Assembly (NCBI GenBank): GCA_024679065.1
Contig: JAGIQG010000010.1
Coordinates: forward strand, 82,646,001-82,710,000
Direction: 5' to 3'
Origin: Sphyrna mokarran
Taxonomy: Eukaryota
Length of the DNA: 64,000 nt
Below the pieces are notes generated by a model, which did not search any database, was not told the DNA's origin, and was given only the letters and a program-made list of their open reading frames with translations. This document shows, in pieces, positions 1-13,060 of this stretch. The first letter of the stretch is position 1, and every line of letters starts with the position of its first letter. The position numbers and the translations under genes were made by a program.

Positions 1-29
1 TTACTTGAACTGAGAGATCTCCTATATTT

Positions 30-285
30 ATCCTTCAATAAACACCACTAAACAGCAGAAAATTGGGTAATTTATCTCACTGCTTTTGGTGTAAGTTTGT
101 TATGTGCAAATTGACTGCCATGCTTCACTACATTACTTGAGCTACCTGTTGGACTTTAATCTGGTGTTGTGAGACTTCTTACTGTCACTCCATTACAACA
201 GTCAGTATGGTCCAAAAGTAATTCATTAGTTGTGAAGTGCTTTGGGATACCTGAGACCATGAGAAACACTAAATGAAAACACAAG
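30..285 (+). mobile_element. DeuSINE (SacSINE1/AmnSINE1-like) 3' part, interrupted by a short PLE-end insertion
   Basis: Motifs tgtgcaaattgactgcc...cattacaacagt...aaagtaattcattagttgtgaagtgctttgggatacctgag. Similar decayed pieces at ~5650-5890, 18010-18190, 18790-18930, 26260-26420, 29735-29820 and 59065-59250. Confidence 0.6.
137..184 (+). mobile_element. Penelope-like element 3'-end fragment
   Basis: acctgttggactttaatctggtgttgtgagacttcttact matches the PLE terminus at ~55766-55805. Flanked by TSD tcact(a/c)cattac at 125-136 and 185-196. Confidence 0.8.
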
Positions 286-1239
286 GACAATCTAATAGGT
301 AAAGGGGCCATTCAGACCAAGTAGCTCTGTTGTGTCTCTATTCAAGGACACAGCCTCAAGGTCACACTTTCTTCTGTTGAGGCTTTAACACAACTATATT
401 AAATTCCTCTAATTTAATGGTAATGCTGTGTCTATTTAAAACTGCGAACAAGCAGCCCTGTGCACAGCTCAGTTGGAACAATTATCTCTGGTAAAATCTT
501 TACAAACATTCTTGGTACATTCTTGTGAATAAATAATCTGCTGGAATTTTTTTATACTACAGTAGTGAACCAGAGAGTAAATCATATGGATACAATTAGA
601 TATTACAATAGAATACAATAGATATACAATTAGAGTTACAATAAAACCTTGTTTCTTGGTGTGACAAATGAGAAAACATGTTTATGTCTCTTTAGTTAAT
701 TTGGATTAGTAGAACCCCTGTTTTATTCCTGATAGCATTTTTTGATGTTTCAGGGAAAAAAATGAATTGAATTAGCCTCGTGACAAGTAGATATGTTCTG
801 GAAAGCTTACAGCTTGTCTCTGTCGTTTTCTGGTATATTTATCCAACTCATAAATACTTTTCTGATACCTATCTCTCTATATATTGTAACTTGTCATGTG
901 TACAATCATTGTAATTGCTCTCTCAGTCAACAAAATGGAAGTGATGGACACCTGTAACCAAATTGAAGCCAGACAGGAAATGTGATGGATGCCATTGTTG
1001 CTATGGGAACTAAAACTGGTGCTTGAGTAGGCATTGGTGAATTATTGAAACCTTTACCTTCAACCAAATTTTTGTCTTTCAACAGCTTATTTTGGCATGA
1101 AGTCCTTTATAATAATCGAACGCCTCTCACTGTTTGTGCAGTCAGTTTTGCCATTATGTAAACATTTCTTTGAGTCATATGGGAGAACTGGTATTTCTGA
1201 TACTGTAAGTGGAAGACTAAAATATAGCATTGACTCTTT

Positions 1240-1846
1240 TGGAATAGAAACCATAGAAGCCATAGAAAATTATAAGTCAGAAACAGGCCTTTTGGCCCTT
1301 CTTATCTGTGCCGAACCATTTTTTTGCTTAATCCCACTGACCTGCACTTGAACCATAACCCTCCACACCCCTCTCATCCATGAACCCGTCCAAGGTTTTC
1401 TTAAATGTAACCCCACATTTACAACTTTATTCGGCAGCTCATTCCGCAATCCCACCACTCTGCGTGAAGAAGCCCCCCCCAATACTCCCTTTAAACTTTT
1501 CTCCTTTCACCCTTAACCCATGTCCTCTGTGTAAAAAGCCTGCTTGCACTCACTCTATCTATACCCAACAAAATCTTGTACACCTCTATTAAACCTCCCC
1601 TCATTCTTCTACGCTCCAGGGTATAAAATCCTAATCTATTCAATCTCTCTCTGTAATTCAGCTTCTCAAGTCCCGGCAACATCCTTGTGAACCTTCTCTG
1701 CACTCTTTCAATCTTATTTACATCCTTCCTGTAACTAGGTGACCAAAACTGTACACAATACTCTAAATTCGGCCTCACTGATGCCTTATATAACCTTACC
1801 ATAACACTCCAACTTTTATACTCGATACTCCGATTTATAAAGGCCA
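1240..1846 (-). mobile_element. CR1/HER1 LINE 3' fragment
   Basis: ORF 1491-1883 gives LYKASVRPNLEYCVQFWSP...ERVQRRFTRMLPGL, the CR1 ORF2 C-terminus. ttctatg-type tail near 1245-1270. Confidence 0.93.
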
Positions 1847-2055
1847 AGAATGATTGGATAATTTCTGAACACAGCAATAACATTTTTTTTCGCTTGGTTC
1901 CTCTATAAAGACTTGAATGGATTTAGCTCTAATGGATTAATGCTTCTGTTGAAATAGCAGTCATTGTGAGCTAATGTTTGAACATTGATGCTTCCTCTTT
2001 TCATTTTCCCGAATATCCCAGAATAACTTAAATCTCATATTAAATTTATTTTATT

Positions 2056-2337
2056 TATTATTTATAAGTGCCACAAGTGGGCTTGCATTAACAGTAAATG
2101 AAGTTACTGTGAAAACCCCCTAGTTGCCACACTCTGATGGTTGTTCTAGTACACTGAGGGGGAATTTAGCATGGCCAATGCCCCCAAATCAGCACATCTT
2201 TTGGACTGAGGAACCAGAATACCAGGAGCAAGCCCATCAGATGCATGAAGAAAAGCAGATCCCACACAGACAGTGACCCAAGCCGAGAATTGAACCTGGG
2301 TCCCTGGTGCTATAAGGCTGTGCCAACAGGTCGCCCA
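2056..2337 (-). mobile_element. HE1/V-SINE with alternative 3' tail
   Basis: Reverse complement of a tRNA head (gggacccaggttcaattc), V-domain and the tail ctagggggttttcacagtaacttcatt. Confidence 0.8.
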
Positions 2338-4744
2338 TGGTTATATTGACAATTTAAGTAAGCTGCTTCAGCTACCAGTAATCGATTACAAAGATGGCAG
2401 ATGCCAGGCGCGTTCAACAAATCATGAGCAATCTGCAAAGATCATAAGAGTTTGTTCTTTCTGTGTGAGCTCACATCATCGTTTCTCAGCATAAGCATTA
2501 AACCAATGAAGAAAACATTAATAGATGCTGTTCGATGAATATGATGCCTAGGCCTTATTGAATCCAATTGCATATAGTTGATCCACTCATATCAACGTTA
2601 CCATTGAACAATGGAGACTTAAATAGTAATTGTCCTGTCTGAAGTAGAAGTGACTGGGTGACTCTTTCATGGTCCACACTATAACAGTGATTGATTTTTA
2701 CATACGTCATTTGTATATAATTATCCCCCATTCACTACTTTGCTGAAAGGATCATACAACATATTTTTTAAACACAGGGACCTTGCTGTAGTTTCATTCA
2801 TGAGTTGCATTTCCCGTCATTTGTAGAGATTCTATTTAAATAGTCTCTGTAGATTGTTTTTGCAGTAATGCAGTGCTTGAAGAGATCCTGACTGTCGATG
2901 ATTTTTTTCCCTCTCAAGTGATCTGGGCGCCGCTCCCGGAACAGAGTTTTCTGCAATTTGAAATGAGTCTAAACAAACTACTTTAAAATATGAGGCCCCC
3001 TTCCAAGGTCAAAAAGCAAACGTAAGAGTGAAAGAGAGACATTTCCTATAATTCAGAGACTCAATGAAACTCATCACTATCTAAAGAAGAGACAGTAAAA
3101 CATACAGGTTTTCAAATGTACAAATGCCCCACCATGTCCCTCACCACCCAGGGGCTACACTCACCTCTGCGCCCTCAGCATGGTCATCAGGACTGATTTT
3201 CATATTCAAAACCGTTAGTGCTTCTCGTCAGTGTGCCATCAAACTGACAGGGGGGCATGTTTGGGTGGTGGGGAGGGAAGTGCATTTAACGTGTCCAGAA
3301 GTCATGATGTTAAGCTATATAATTATATTTTAATTCATTCAAATTTATGGAAATCATGTTCAAACTCTTTCTGGGTATGATTCTGATTGTATCACTGGCA
3401 AGAAGCAGGGAAGATATCAATTCAAGACCTTGTTGTCACAAATCCCGTTAAGGACCTCTTGTGAGATTCAACAGCCACAACAGGGTTTGTGCCTGTAGTG
3501 AACAGACCTGCAGAATCTTGTCCAACGTAACGAGTCAACCCTATAAATTTTGTGGCTACAGAAGCAGGTCAGGGCAGGGAATTCCTGATATTTGCACAAT
3601 TTGAGTGGAAGGTATATGTCCTTGGGGTACTTACAGACATCAGTATTTCTTTATTTTTATTCTTTTTCTGTCCTGTTTGCTTTATACCTTGGAGAGGGGC
3701 CTTGCATTTTAAAGCAGTTAGTTTTGTCTCATTTCAAATTGCAACATTTTCCAGTCAGTTAAAATAAAAACTCATATTTTCAAAAAAAAGTGACATTGCC
3801 TTTGTGACACCGTTTCTACTTTAAATTAAATAACAGAATGTTCCCCTGCTACTTTTAAAACAATTGGAAACACTTTATGGATATACTTTACCTTGTCCCT
3901 TAAGTTGTTATTTAATATTCTTAGCCCTACACCACATGATTCTTAGTTCCTGAAGGTTTATTACTTTCTTTTCCCAGCCTGATAACTTTTAACATCAGAA
4001 TTGTCTCTAATGATGAGGATTTTTCCTGGAAATTTCCTGGAAATGGAAAGTCCTGGAAATTCATCCACCAGTGCAAGCCACATGAATCGGCCAGTCTTGT
4101 TTCAAGTCCTCATGAATTTATTCTTATCTATCTGAATGTGTGAGCCCCCATCCACATTTCTGTACAATGAAACTTTTGATTTCTTGCTGTTTCCATTCTC
4201 CTGGGTTTTGGAAAACTGCCTGTGTCAGGGATTTTTCAAGGATATCTTAAAAAAACTTCCCCTCTCACGTCCATCTTCATGACAATGTGAATCACATGGG
4301 CCTTGTATCGAGACAGAAATGCTGACCAGCTATCATTGAGGTTCCAACTCCCTTTATTCTGGAAGTAAATGGACAGCTTAAAGCATAAATATTTTAAACC
4401 TGCCATTCTGAACACCTCCTGAGATTTTGGAGACCGGCAGTCTAATCACTGTAACCACAAATGTTGCTTCTATTGCCTCAAGATGTGAATACTTCTCATC
4501 TTCTTTTTCCCAACAAAACAACCTAAGCCTCCTTCTAATCTTTAACACCTGGCCTGTTATTGGGCAGGTTTCACAAGAGATTACAGTCCCAAATCATAGC
4601 AATCTTATAAAAGCTCACATTTACAAATTGTAATAAATACACATTAGCAACATAATCATAGTTAAATGTATATTAGCAAAATAGTAGAAGTATTAATCTG
4701 TGCCATAAACTTTGAAATAGATAATTAAACAATGGCTGAAATTT

Positions 4745-5265
4745 TTAAACAAAAAGAATACTGAATGAACCTGAAAGGCCTGGCAGCATCTGTGGAGAGA
4801 GAAATAGAATTTGTTTTGAGTCCATATGGCTCTTTTTCAGAACCTGTGCAGTTTCTCTAAGTCATGTTTGTCCAGTGCAATTTGGGTACATATCAATTTC
4901 AGCTTAATTACTCTCCTCATTGCTTGAAGATTAATGGAATAAAATATTTTAACCCCTGTAGCTATGGGACCTGGACCAAAAAAGCTCCTGAAAAATATTC
5001 AGAAAATAAAGATTCTCCTCTAAACGTTATAATTAATTCTGAAGGTACAGTCAAACTTTGAGAACATTTATGGATGCTGTTTTACTTCAACTAATACTAA
5101 GGTTACTTTAGTGGAGGTTTAAGCAAATAGCTTTTGAAGGGATTATGCCTGACATATTAACTCGTCACTTCTGTTCACAGATACTATGCCCGATTTAGAG
5201 AATGTTACCAGCATTTTCAGTTGCTGTTTCAGATTTCCTGCATCTGAAGTGTTCCAGTTTTTCAA
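4745..5265. mobile_element. Two decayed termini of a second PLE family in opposite orientation
   Basis: ggcagcatctgtggagagagaa at ~4780-4805 and cacagatact...ccagcattttcagttgctgtttcagatttcctgcatctg at ~5175-5250. Same motif family as 49343-49530. Confidence 0.55.
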
Positions 5266-5269
5266 TCAG

Positions 5270-5655
5270 TAGAGTCATAGGGAGTCATAAAGATGTACAG
5301 CATGGAAACAGACCCTTTGGCCCAACCTGACTATGCTGACCAGGTTTCTTAATCTGAACTAAACTACATTTGACACACATGCCTTTAAATCTTTCCCACC
5401 CATATACCTGTTCAAATGTATTTTAAATGTTGTAATTGCACCTGCTCCTACCATTCCTTCCTGTAGCTCATTCCATATACTCATTGTCTTCTGTGTGAAA
5501 AAATTGCCCCTAAGTTCCCTTTATTAATCTTTCCCCTCTCGCTTTAAACCTATGCCCACTAGTTTTGGACTCCTCCACCCTGAGGAAAACACTTATGCTA
5601 TTCACCTTATCTATACCCCTCATGATTTTATCAACCTCTATAAGGTCACCCCTCA
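5270..5655 (-). mobile_element. CR1 LINE 3' fragment
   Basis: ctgtgtgaaaaaattgcccct...cccctcatgattttatcaacctctataaggtcacccct is the reverse complement of the CR1 ORF2 end and 3'UTR. Confidence 0.88.
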
Positions 5656-6221
5656 TCCTCTTAGAGGAGCTGACTGCTTAAGAGACTGCTGTGTCTCAGG
5701 TGAGACATTAACCAAAGTCCAGCCAGTTGGACTCAAATGATTTTGTGGCATTGTGCAGTGAAGAGCAATGGAGTTTAGCCCTCTGCCATGACCAACATCC
5801 ATTCTCCAATTCACATCCCCAGCACAACAGATCATCTATCATTGATTTTTTTTTGCTGTAATTGGTACTTTACTGCAGGTAATTTGATTATTTCAATGAT
5901 ATACCAATGTCTATACGACAGAAATATTTATTTGGTTGCAATCCACTTTAGAAATCATGAATCATTGAATCACTCTAATCTAACCGCGCAGAGAAATCCT
6001 TTCATCTTACCATACCTGTGTAGGCTCTTTGAATGAGCTGTTCAATTTAAGCTAGCATCCTAGCTCTCTCCCTAATACATGTCCAATTATGCTTTGAATG
6101 TACCTATGAAATCTGATTCCTCTCAGGTTGTGCATACAATCTGTAACAATGCTCTGTGAGAGTACTTTTTTGCCAGAGGAAATAGTTTTCCTTTGTTATG
6201 TTTGCTCTTACAAAACTCATA

Positions 6222-6385
6222 GTGAGCCAGATGGGTTTTTGCAACAATTGACAAAAGTTTCATTGGACTTTTAATTTCAGATTTTTATTGAATCATCTAC
6301 CGCGGTGAGATTTGAATTCAGGTCCCCAAAGCATTTACCCTGGATTACTACTCCAATGACAATGCTACCAAGCCACAGCTTCCTC
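6222..6385 (-). mobile_element. tRNA-derived SINE (5' part)
   Basis: Same family as 18316-18700, 26458-26820 and 49962-50190 (gaaccagatgggttttt...tttgaacctgggt...gcattaccctgg). Confidence 0.75.
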
Positions 6386-7719
6386 TTTAGAAACTGATAA
6401 TATTCTTACTGATCCTTGGATTCTCCTTTTGAACTGAAGTAAAATTATACTTTGCTTTTTCTCAATCTATTTTTGGCCTCCGAAATAATTTTCACGTACT
6501 TCTGAATAATCTTATATAATTGTCCCAAAGGCTCTCTTCAACCTGTATCTTGTAAAATTTGCACAGGTCATTTCACTTTTAAATTGCTAATTAACTTAGA
6601 GCCATGCTTCATTACTCTAGGCTTCTGCACCTCAGGCGTATACCTGCCTTGCACATACAGAATTACTCTTGTAAAAGGCATTTCATTTGTCTTCTACAAT
6701 GACATTATATTAAGCTAACTTTCCCAATAGTAATGGGTGGATTCGGATTAGGCACTCATTTCTGATCATATCTAATTATATGCCTCATTGACTTCAATAG
6801 AGCACAAAATTTGATTGAGTGTCAAACAGCCATCCAACCACACTCACCCCATTAAAGTGGAACAGGTTAAGTTAAAGTCATGACTGAATGGACAAACATC
6901 CATCTCCACCTCATTTCTCTTAATTCTCCCCCAATTTCTTCCAGTTTAGCTCTTTTTAAGTTATAAACATTCATCCTGATCTTTGGTATATTTGAATCCA
7001 AGATCCCATTAATCTTGCTCATTCTGTAGTCCCTGTCCCCAGGGGGTGCTACAGCACATTAATTTCCTGTATGTTCTCTGGGTCAATAACATGTCATCAT
7101 GAGTTCTGGTTCCCATAGGTCTCCCTAATGTACTGAGTCATTACACAGGAACAGGAATTCAAGGGTTAGAACAGTTAAAGAACTGAGAGGTAATTTTGTT
7201 AAAAGCTAAATTCTCAACTTCAAAAACTTAATTGGGGAGAGGTTGAGGAGATAGTGTGAGGAGAACAGAATGAGGAGTACAGGGTCCAAATGGAATATGG
7301 AAACGTAATGATTGCAGTATTGGATTAATAATTCCAGAAGCCATCTCTTACCCTAAAATCTTATGAAATTTGAAAGCAATCTAGTCAATAATTTGTGAAT
7401 TGCAAGACAGGAGTACATACCTTGTCAGCTTTTGGATAAAGCCCAACTGGTTCACTAGAGTCCATTATGGTAGGTAAACTTACCTTGATCCGGCTTTCAT
7501 GTGGCTGTAGTAGCAAAATATCAGGTTCATTCTTAAAGCCTCCTGAATTATCCTAGCAAATTGGTCAGTTTTCACCACAAATAGGATTGATAATTATTGG
7601 CACATCTAATTCTATTTCGCATCAGCATCATGAGAGCTGCATTGGTTTGAGTAGATGACCTATCACTCTCTTCTCAGAGTAGCAAAAATTCGTGAATGTA
7701 GCCCATTTCTAGCCTCTCA

Positions 7720-8040
7720 TTGACTAGATAGTCAGAAGCTTTTTCCCAGGGTGGAAGAGTCAATTACTTGGCGTGTATAGATTTAAGGTGTGCAGGGCAA
7801 GGTTTAAAGGAGATATATGAGGCACACGTTTTGCACAGAGGGTGGTGGGTGCCTGAAGCTCTCTGCAGGAGAAGGTGGAAGCAGATACGATAACGGCTTC
7901 TAACATGCATCTTGACAAGTACATGAATAGGATGGGAATGGAGGGATATGGTCCCTGAAAGGGTAGGGAGTTTTAATTCAATCGGGCAGCTTGGAGGGCC
8001 AAAAGCCCCGTTCTGTGTTGTAATTCACTTTGTTCTTCGT
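7720..8040 (+). mobile_element. CR1 LINE 3' fragment
   Basis: gaagcttttcccagggtggaa...cacagagggtggtgggtgcctg...ggagggccaaaagcccc. Confidence 0.88.
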
Positions 8041-8723
8041 TCTTCTTTGAATGTTGGATCGAGCTCGATGGGCTAAATGATTTATGCCTACTCCTATGTA
8101 CCTATAAAGACTATTGTGCAAAGGGGCACAAAGGGAATGGACAATTGCATAGCAAACAGTGTTTGACATGTTAAAGGTGAAGATTACATGTCCCCCAGTC
8201 CTCGCACATTCTAATACAGATGCAGAAGTGCATGTCACAACAACACATCAAGAAATGTAATTGGAGCTATACACTGAAGGAAGAGATCAATAAGTAACTT
8301 ACATGTCACACACCCACTGTCAGAAGCTGAATGCAGATACTCTATGGGAGAGCTGTAAGAACTAGCCTGTATCTATGCTTGTGAACAGTGGCATAATATT
8401 CTCTACTATAGATAGTTTACTCTTAAATCACCACATTGTTAGCCAAATCAGCAACATTTCATTGGCCTCACCCATTAACAGATGGTCAGATCATCTTCAT
8501 CAGGATAACCCAAAGATTGCATATCTCACATCTTCACATAACATATTAGCTGAGATACAAAGCCACACTCCTGCTGTATATAGAGTTAGTTATGATGTAG
8601 CGACCCATCGCATTAAGACATTATAGATTGTAATAATTTCACAAGTGACTGTAAATCATGTTATGCAAAAAACATTGAAAAAAGAATTGGTGACATACAG
8701 ATTTCTGCAGAAAGAAAGTCGAG

Positions 8724-8975
8724 TCTCACTGTACTAGGGAACTGGGTTTGATCCCTGGCTTGGATCGCTGACTGTGTGGAGTCTGTACGTTAGCCCCATC
8801 TCGGTGTGTGTTTCCTCTGGGTGCTCCGGTTTTCTCCCACAGTCCCAAAGACATACTGGTTAGATGTATTGGCCATGCTAAATTCTTGTTCAGTGTACCC
8901 GAACAGGTGCCAGAATGTGGTGACTAGGGGATTTCCACAGTAACTTCATTGCAGTGTGAATCTATTTGTGATTAA
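8724..8975 (+). mobile_element. HE1/V-SINE with alternative 3' tail
   Basis: gggtgctccggttttctcccacagtcccaaag...cagtgtacccgaacaggtgcc...gactaggggatttccacagtaacttcattgcagtgt. Confidence 0.85.
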
Positions 8976-9493
8976 CAAATAAGCAAACCATGTATCCTCA
9001 TGGAATAGAGGAAGTAATGGTCCCATATTACAGGGTACTCAATGAAATTGTATTGTTTGTTAACAATTATGCCACACACAGAGCACATTGCCTGTCCACT
9101 ATCTTTCCTTTTGGTAAAGATTGCCAATCCATCATGGTTAAATAAAAAGTGTAGGCAGCATACTGGCAATAACAATGAATGTGCCGGAAGTCATGCAAGC
9201 ACAGACACATACATGAGGTTGGCAATGGGACAGATCAGTGGAAGATGCCAATAAGAAAGCTCTTCAACCTGAAAACGAGCAGGCTTTCCACACAGCACAC
9301 GTGGCATAGTGTGTGGAGGCAATCACGTAGCCAAAGTCTTTTGCTATAATCAACATCATCTGTCGAGACATGAATGGCGAACACGCACTCAAAGTCAAGC
9401 GAGGTGACAGAGCTAGAGCTAACATTCTGTCATTAAAAAATATTAAGAGACACATTTCTTGAGTGAAGGGAATCAATGGTATGGCCTACAACA

Positions 9494-9609
9494 CAATAAG
9501 AATTCTCACAACACCAGGTTAAAGTCCAACACATTTAGTTGGACTTTAACCTTGTGTTGTGAGACTTCTTACTGTATTTACCTTGGTCCAACAGTGGCAT
9601 ATGCACATC
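9494..9609. mobile_element. Palindromic PLE-end mini-insertion
   Basis: Inverted arms tctcacaacaccaggttaaagtccaac / gttggactttaaccttgtgttgtgaga plus tail. Exact TSD atggcctacaaca at 9481-9493 and 9610-9622. Confidence 0.9.
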
Positions 9610-10450
9610 ATGGCCTACAACAGCCAGGGTGGGAGCTTACAATGGATCACCAATCCATTGTTCCCCAGTGACATTAAAATGTAGCTTTGGCAAATCTCTG
9701 CTAACATCACAAGTTTTCAATGTTACAGACACAAATGATCTTGCAGTGGTAGGATTACAGGTGTTCAGGGAGTTCAAACTTGTGACTATATACCAAATCA
9801 GCAATGAAAGAGAATGGGTAAAAATGACCCCAATGATTTACAGCTGAAGAGTCTGAAATATTTGATGGTATGGGGAGTCACAAAGATGAGGCTGTTCTGA
9901 ATTTAAGAATCACAACAGACTCAGACCTGCAGCAGAAGGCACTGTGTGGTGAGGTATTGTCAATGATTGGCTTGATTCAATATAGGAGGTGCAAGATAAT
10001 CTGCGATCCTTTTGACCACAGAGGAATGATTTATGCATTTCAAAAGGACTAAAACTTAAACAGAAGACAGCTGCTGATTCCTGAATTGCTTTTGTATATT
10101 ATTGCAATTGCACCAGGGCCACATCTGGCTGGCGAGGGAAGCTATGAATGGCCTGAGTTTAACTGAGATTTTGACAGAGCTGTGAGAATGTGTGATGTGT
10201 GCCAAGTGCATCAGCCAACCCAGCAGGAAACAACTACACACTCGTGTTACCATTGCACTCCTGGTCGAGGAGTGCAATGGATCTATGCATCATTGGTGGT
10301 GATGATTTCCCCTTATCACGGATTATTTTTCAAAATTCCCTATCATTCTATAATGAATACTGTGAATACTGTATTTAATCTTTTTGATACACTTGGAGAA
10401 GTTGCATCAGATGATGGTCCGCAATATACAAGCCAACCATTTCAGAGTTT

Positions 10451-10775
10451 TCATAGGATCCCTACAATGTAGAAAGAGGCTATTCGCCCCATCGAGTCTG
10501 TATCAACCACAGATCCACCACAGGCCCAATTCCTGTAACTCCACATATTCACCCTGCTAATCCCCCCTGATGCTAGGATCAATTCAGCATGGCCAATCAA
10601 CCTCACCTGCACAGCTTTGGAGTGGGGAAGGAAACTGGAGCACTCAGAGGAAACCCACATAGATTTGGGGAGAACATGCAAACTCTACACAGACAGTGAC
10701 CCAATACTGGAATTGACCCTGAGTTCCTGGTGCTGTAATGTACCAGTGCTAACCACTGTGCCACCCTACCCGCCC
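10451..10775 (-). mobile_element. HE1 SINE
   Basis: tRNA head (tggcacagtggttagcactg), V-domain and CR1/HER1-like tail (tgtagggatcctatga). Confidence 0.9.
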
Positions 10776-11179
10776 GTAGCTGTGCCATATGGAGCATGAG
10801 CCATGTAACATCCTCTCAACATTATCTTCCATTCTGTGGTCTTGCTGAGGAACTGATTCATGTAGTTAAATTGCTTATTGTGAAATGGAGCAAGATTTCC
10901 AGGTTGTTATGTCGCATTTATGGGCAACACCTCTAGACATGGGATTACCATCACTGGCAGAAATCATGTTCTAGAGGCAGATCAGAACAACACTTCTGAA
11001 TCAATTGTTGAGGCTTGCATCTGTGCTGGAAAATGGAGAAGCAGGAGAAAATGAACTCAACACACAATTGATATGTAGGTACGGTATTACGTAGCTTACA
11101 TATGGGACAAAAGTTATTTATTCAACAGAAGGAACCTCTTTTCCTTCAGAGATTTCTCAGGATTATGGCTCATCAGGAT

Positions 11180-11800
11180 CATATGAAGTTAAAACACTTA
11201 ACAACACCTTATCTCTCTGCTACCTTTCCTGATGGACAACAATGGGGTCTATCTTCCGATTAGGCCCATTACAGCGTCCTTGACTGAACATTGTGTTCAG
11301 CAGCATCTGGGCTTCATGAATTCTCTCCTCCATCTCCATTCCAGCTCCATTTATTTCATTTCTTCTTTTCATATTATTCATCCATTTGTAAAATTTAAGA
11401 CAGCTGCTGATCCCTGAATTTCTATTAATTTGTATTACTTTATATTTTTAATTTTATTTTTCCACTCCTAACAACTCGCTTTCCATCTTGTACCCTCCTC
11501 TCTCACCCCACTAGGGCCTGCTGCCACATACCAGCACACTGTAAACCTTTGTTCTCCATTTACATATTTCAGTCTTTTAATGGACACTTTCAGCACCATT
11601 CTCATTCTTTATCATCATGATTTACTTTCCCTTTGCCTATTTGTCTTTGCCATTCCTACCAATTACAGCCTCCCACTTGCCCTCACCCTCGCCAGTATAA
11701 ACTTGTCTGATTTTCCTTATTTGGAAGGGTCATCCAGCCTCAAAGCTCTATTCTCTCTCCACAGATGCTGAGATTTTCCAACATTTTCTGTTTTTGTTTG
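11180..11800 (+). mobile_element. Decayed 3' region of the second PLE family
   Basis: Pyrimidine-rich 3' region ending gaagggtcatccagcctcaaag...ctctctccacagatgctgagattttccaacattttctgttttt. Confidence 0.5.
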
Positions 11801-12194
11801 TGTTCACCTCTGCTGCCTACTTCTCAGTGATTATCTTACAGTGCATTTCTGCCTGTTGTGTAACTCGTTCTTCGATGTGTTGTACAGTTACTAGTCCCTA
11901 TCTTCTACTGCATGGAAAGACCAATTGAAGATAGATTCTGAAGCATTTCACTGGAATTACTCATTTTTATCATTGTCGGTGCTTATTTGAGCTTCAAATT
12001 CCTTCAGTTTTCATGGACTTTATCATGAGTGATTTAATCACCAAGGGAAAATGACCTTTCTGTTGACCAATTGATACTGAATATTGACAACAATTTTGAA
12101 AATGGGGAAAAATAAATCAGTGGTTGAATGCTGAAAAAACATATTTTAAGACATTAATGTTTAAAATGAATCAACACTGTTCTGAAATACATCT

Positions 12195-12343
12195 GATGTA
12201 GAGATGCCGGCGTTGGACTGGGGTAAACACAATAGGAAGTCTGACAACATCAGGTTTAAGTCCAACTGATTTATTTGATAGTACTATGAGTTTACTATCA
12301 AATAAATCGGTTGGACTTAAACTTGGTGTTGTCAGACTTCCTA
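12195..12343. mobile_element. Palindromic PLE-end mini-insertion
   Basis: Inverted arms, tail on the left (gatgtagagatgccggcgttggactggggtaaacac). TSD ctga(a/c)atacatct at 12182-12194 and 12344-12356. Confidence 0.9.
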
Positions 12344-12699
12344 CTGACATACATCTTCCAGCCTCCTTCATTGGGCAGTTGCTAAGTGTGTATAAAGAAA
12401 GTTGTTTTATATGAATCAGTCTTGAACTCACTCATACAGACTAGGGAAACTCAGGATTCAGCTCAGTCATGTTCATGAATCTCAAGCTGGAATGAAGCGC
12501 TTGAATGAAGCGCTCAAGCTGGAATGAATGGGCTGGTGGATTCAGTCAAGGTTCTTAATGCCTGACCCCTGTAATATACACTCAGTGGGATGTGCTCTGG
12601 CCTAGATGTTGGACATTTATTGTGAAGCACCTCATTATTAACTAGTTGGTTAGTATTCATTTTTCATGGTGATATACAAAGGACAATTTAAAGCCCTTT

Positions 12700-13060
12700 T
12701 GTCTTATGAGAATGGCACTTGTGATTCTTTCATGGTCATGAGGAGTAGATGGAGAGAACTGTTTCAATTGGCACAAGGGTTAGAGAATCTGAGGTGCTTG
12801 ACAAATGAAGGAATGGTGACATGAGGAAGAACACAGTGAATGGTTAAGATCTTGAACACACTGCCTGAGAGTGTTGTTGAGGCAGATTCACTTGTGTCTT
12901 TCACAAGAGAATTGGGTAATCCCCCCAGAGAGAAAGAAATTGTGGTGCTACAAGGCAAAGTACAGGAATTGGATTAGGTGAGTTGTTCTTGCACAGAGGT
13001 GGTATGGACATAATGAGCTAAATGAAATCTTTCTGTACAGTAACCATTAGATGATTCAAT
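12700..13060 (+). mobile_element. Old CR1 LINE 3' fragment
   Basis: gagaactgtttcaattggc...gaacacactgcctgagagtgttgttgaggcagattc... Confidence 0.7.

Larger units (their letters stand above)
8175..11010 (+). mobile_element. Decayed Ty3/Gypsy LTR-retrotransposon pol (RNase H and integrase), interrupted by SINEs and a PLE end
   Basis: Manual translations: ITCPPVLAH...EVHVTT and LSEAECRYSMGEL*ELACIYACEQWH (~8180-8395, RNase H). VRMCDVCQVHQP (zinc finger) and EVASDDGPQYTSQPFQSF (integrase core, 10182-10450). Resumes after the SINE as HVTSSQHYLPFCGLAEELIHVVK (~10802-10870). Confidence 0.8.

Noticed and set aside
10740-10775. tRNA-like A/B boxes here and at other SINE heads
   Set aside because: They are SINE 5' heads continuous with V-domains, not tRNA genes.
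12481-12530. Microduplications ctcaagctggaatgaa / gaatgaagcgct (similar AT-rich case at 48015-48060)
   Set aside because: Ordinary slippage or repair scars with no further structure.
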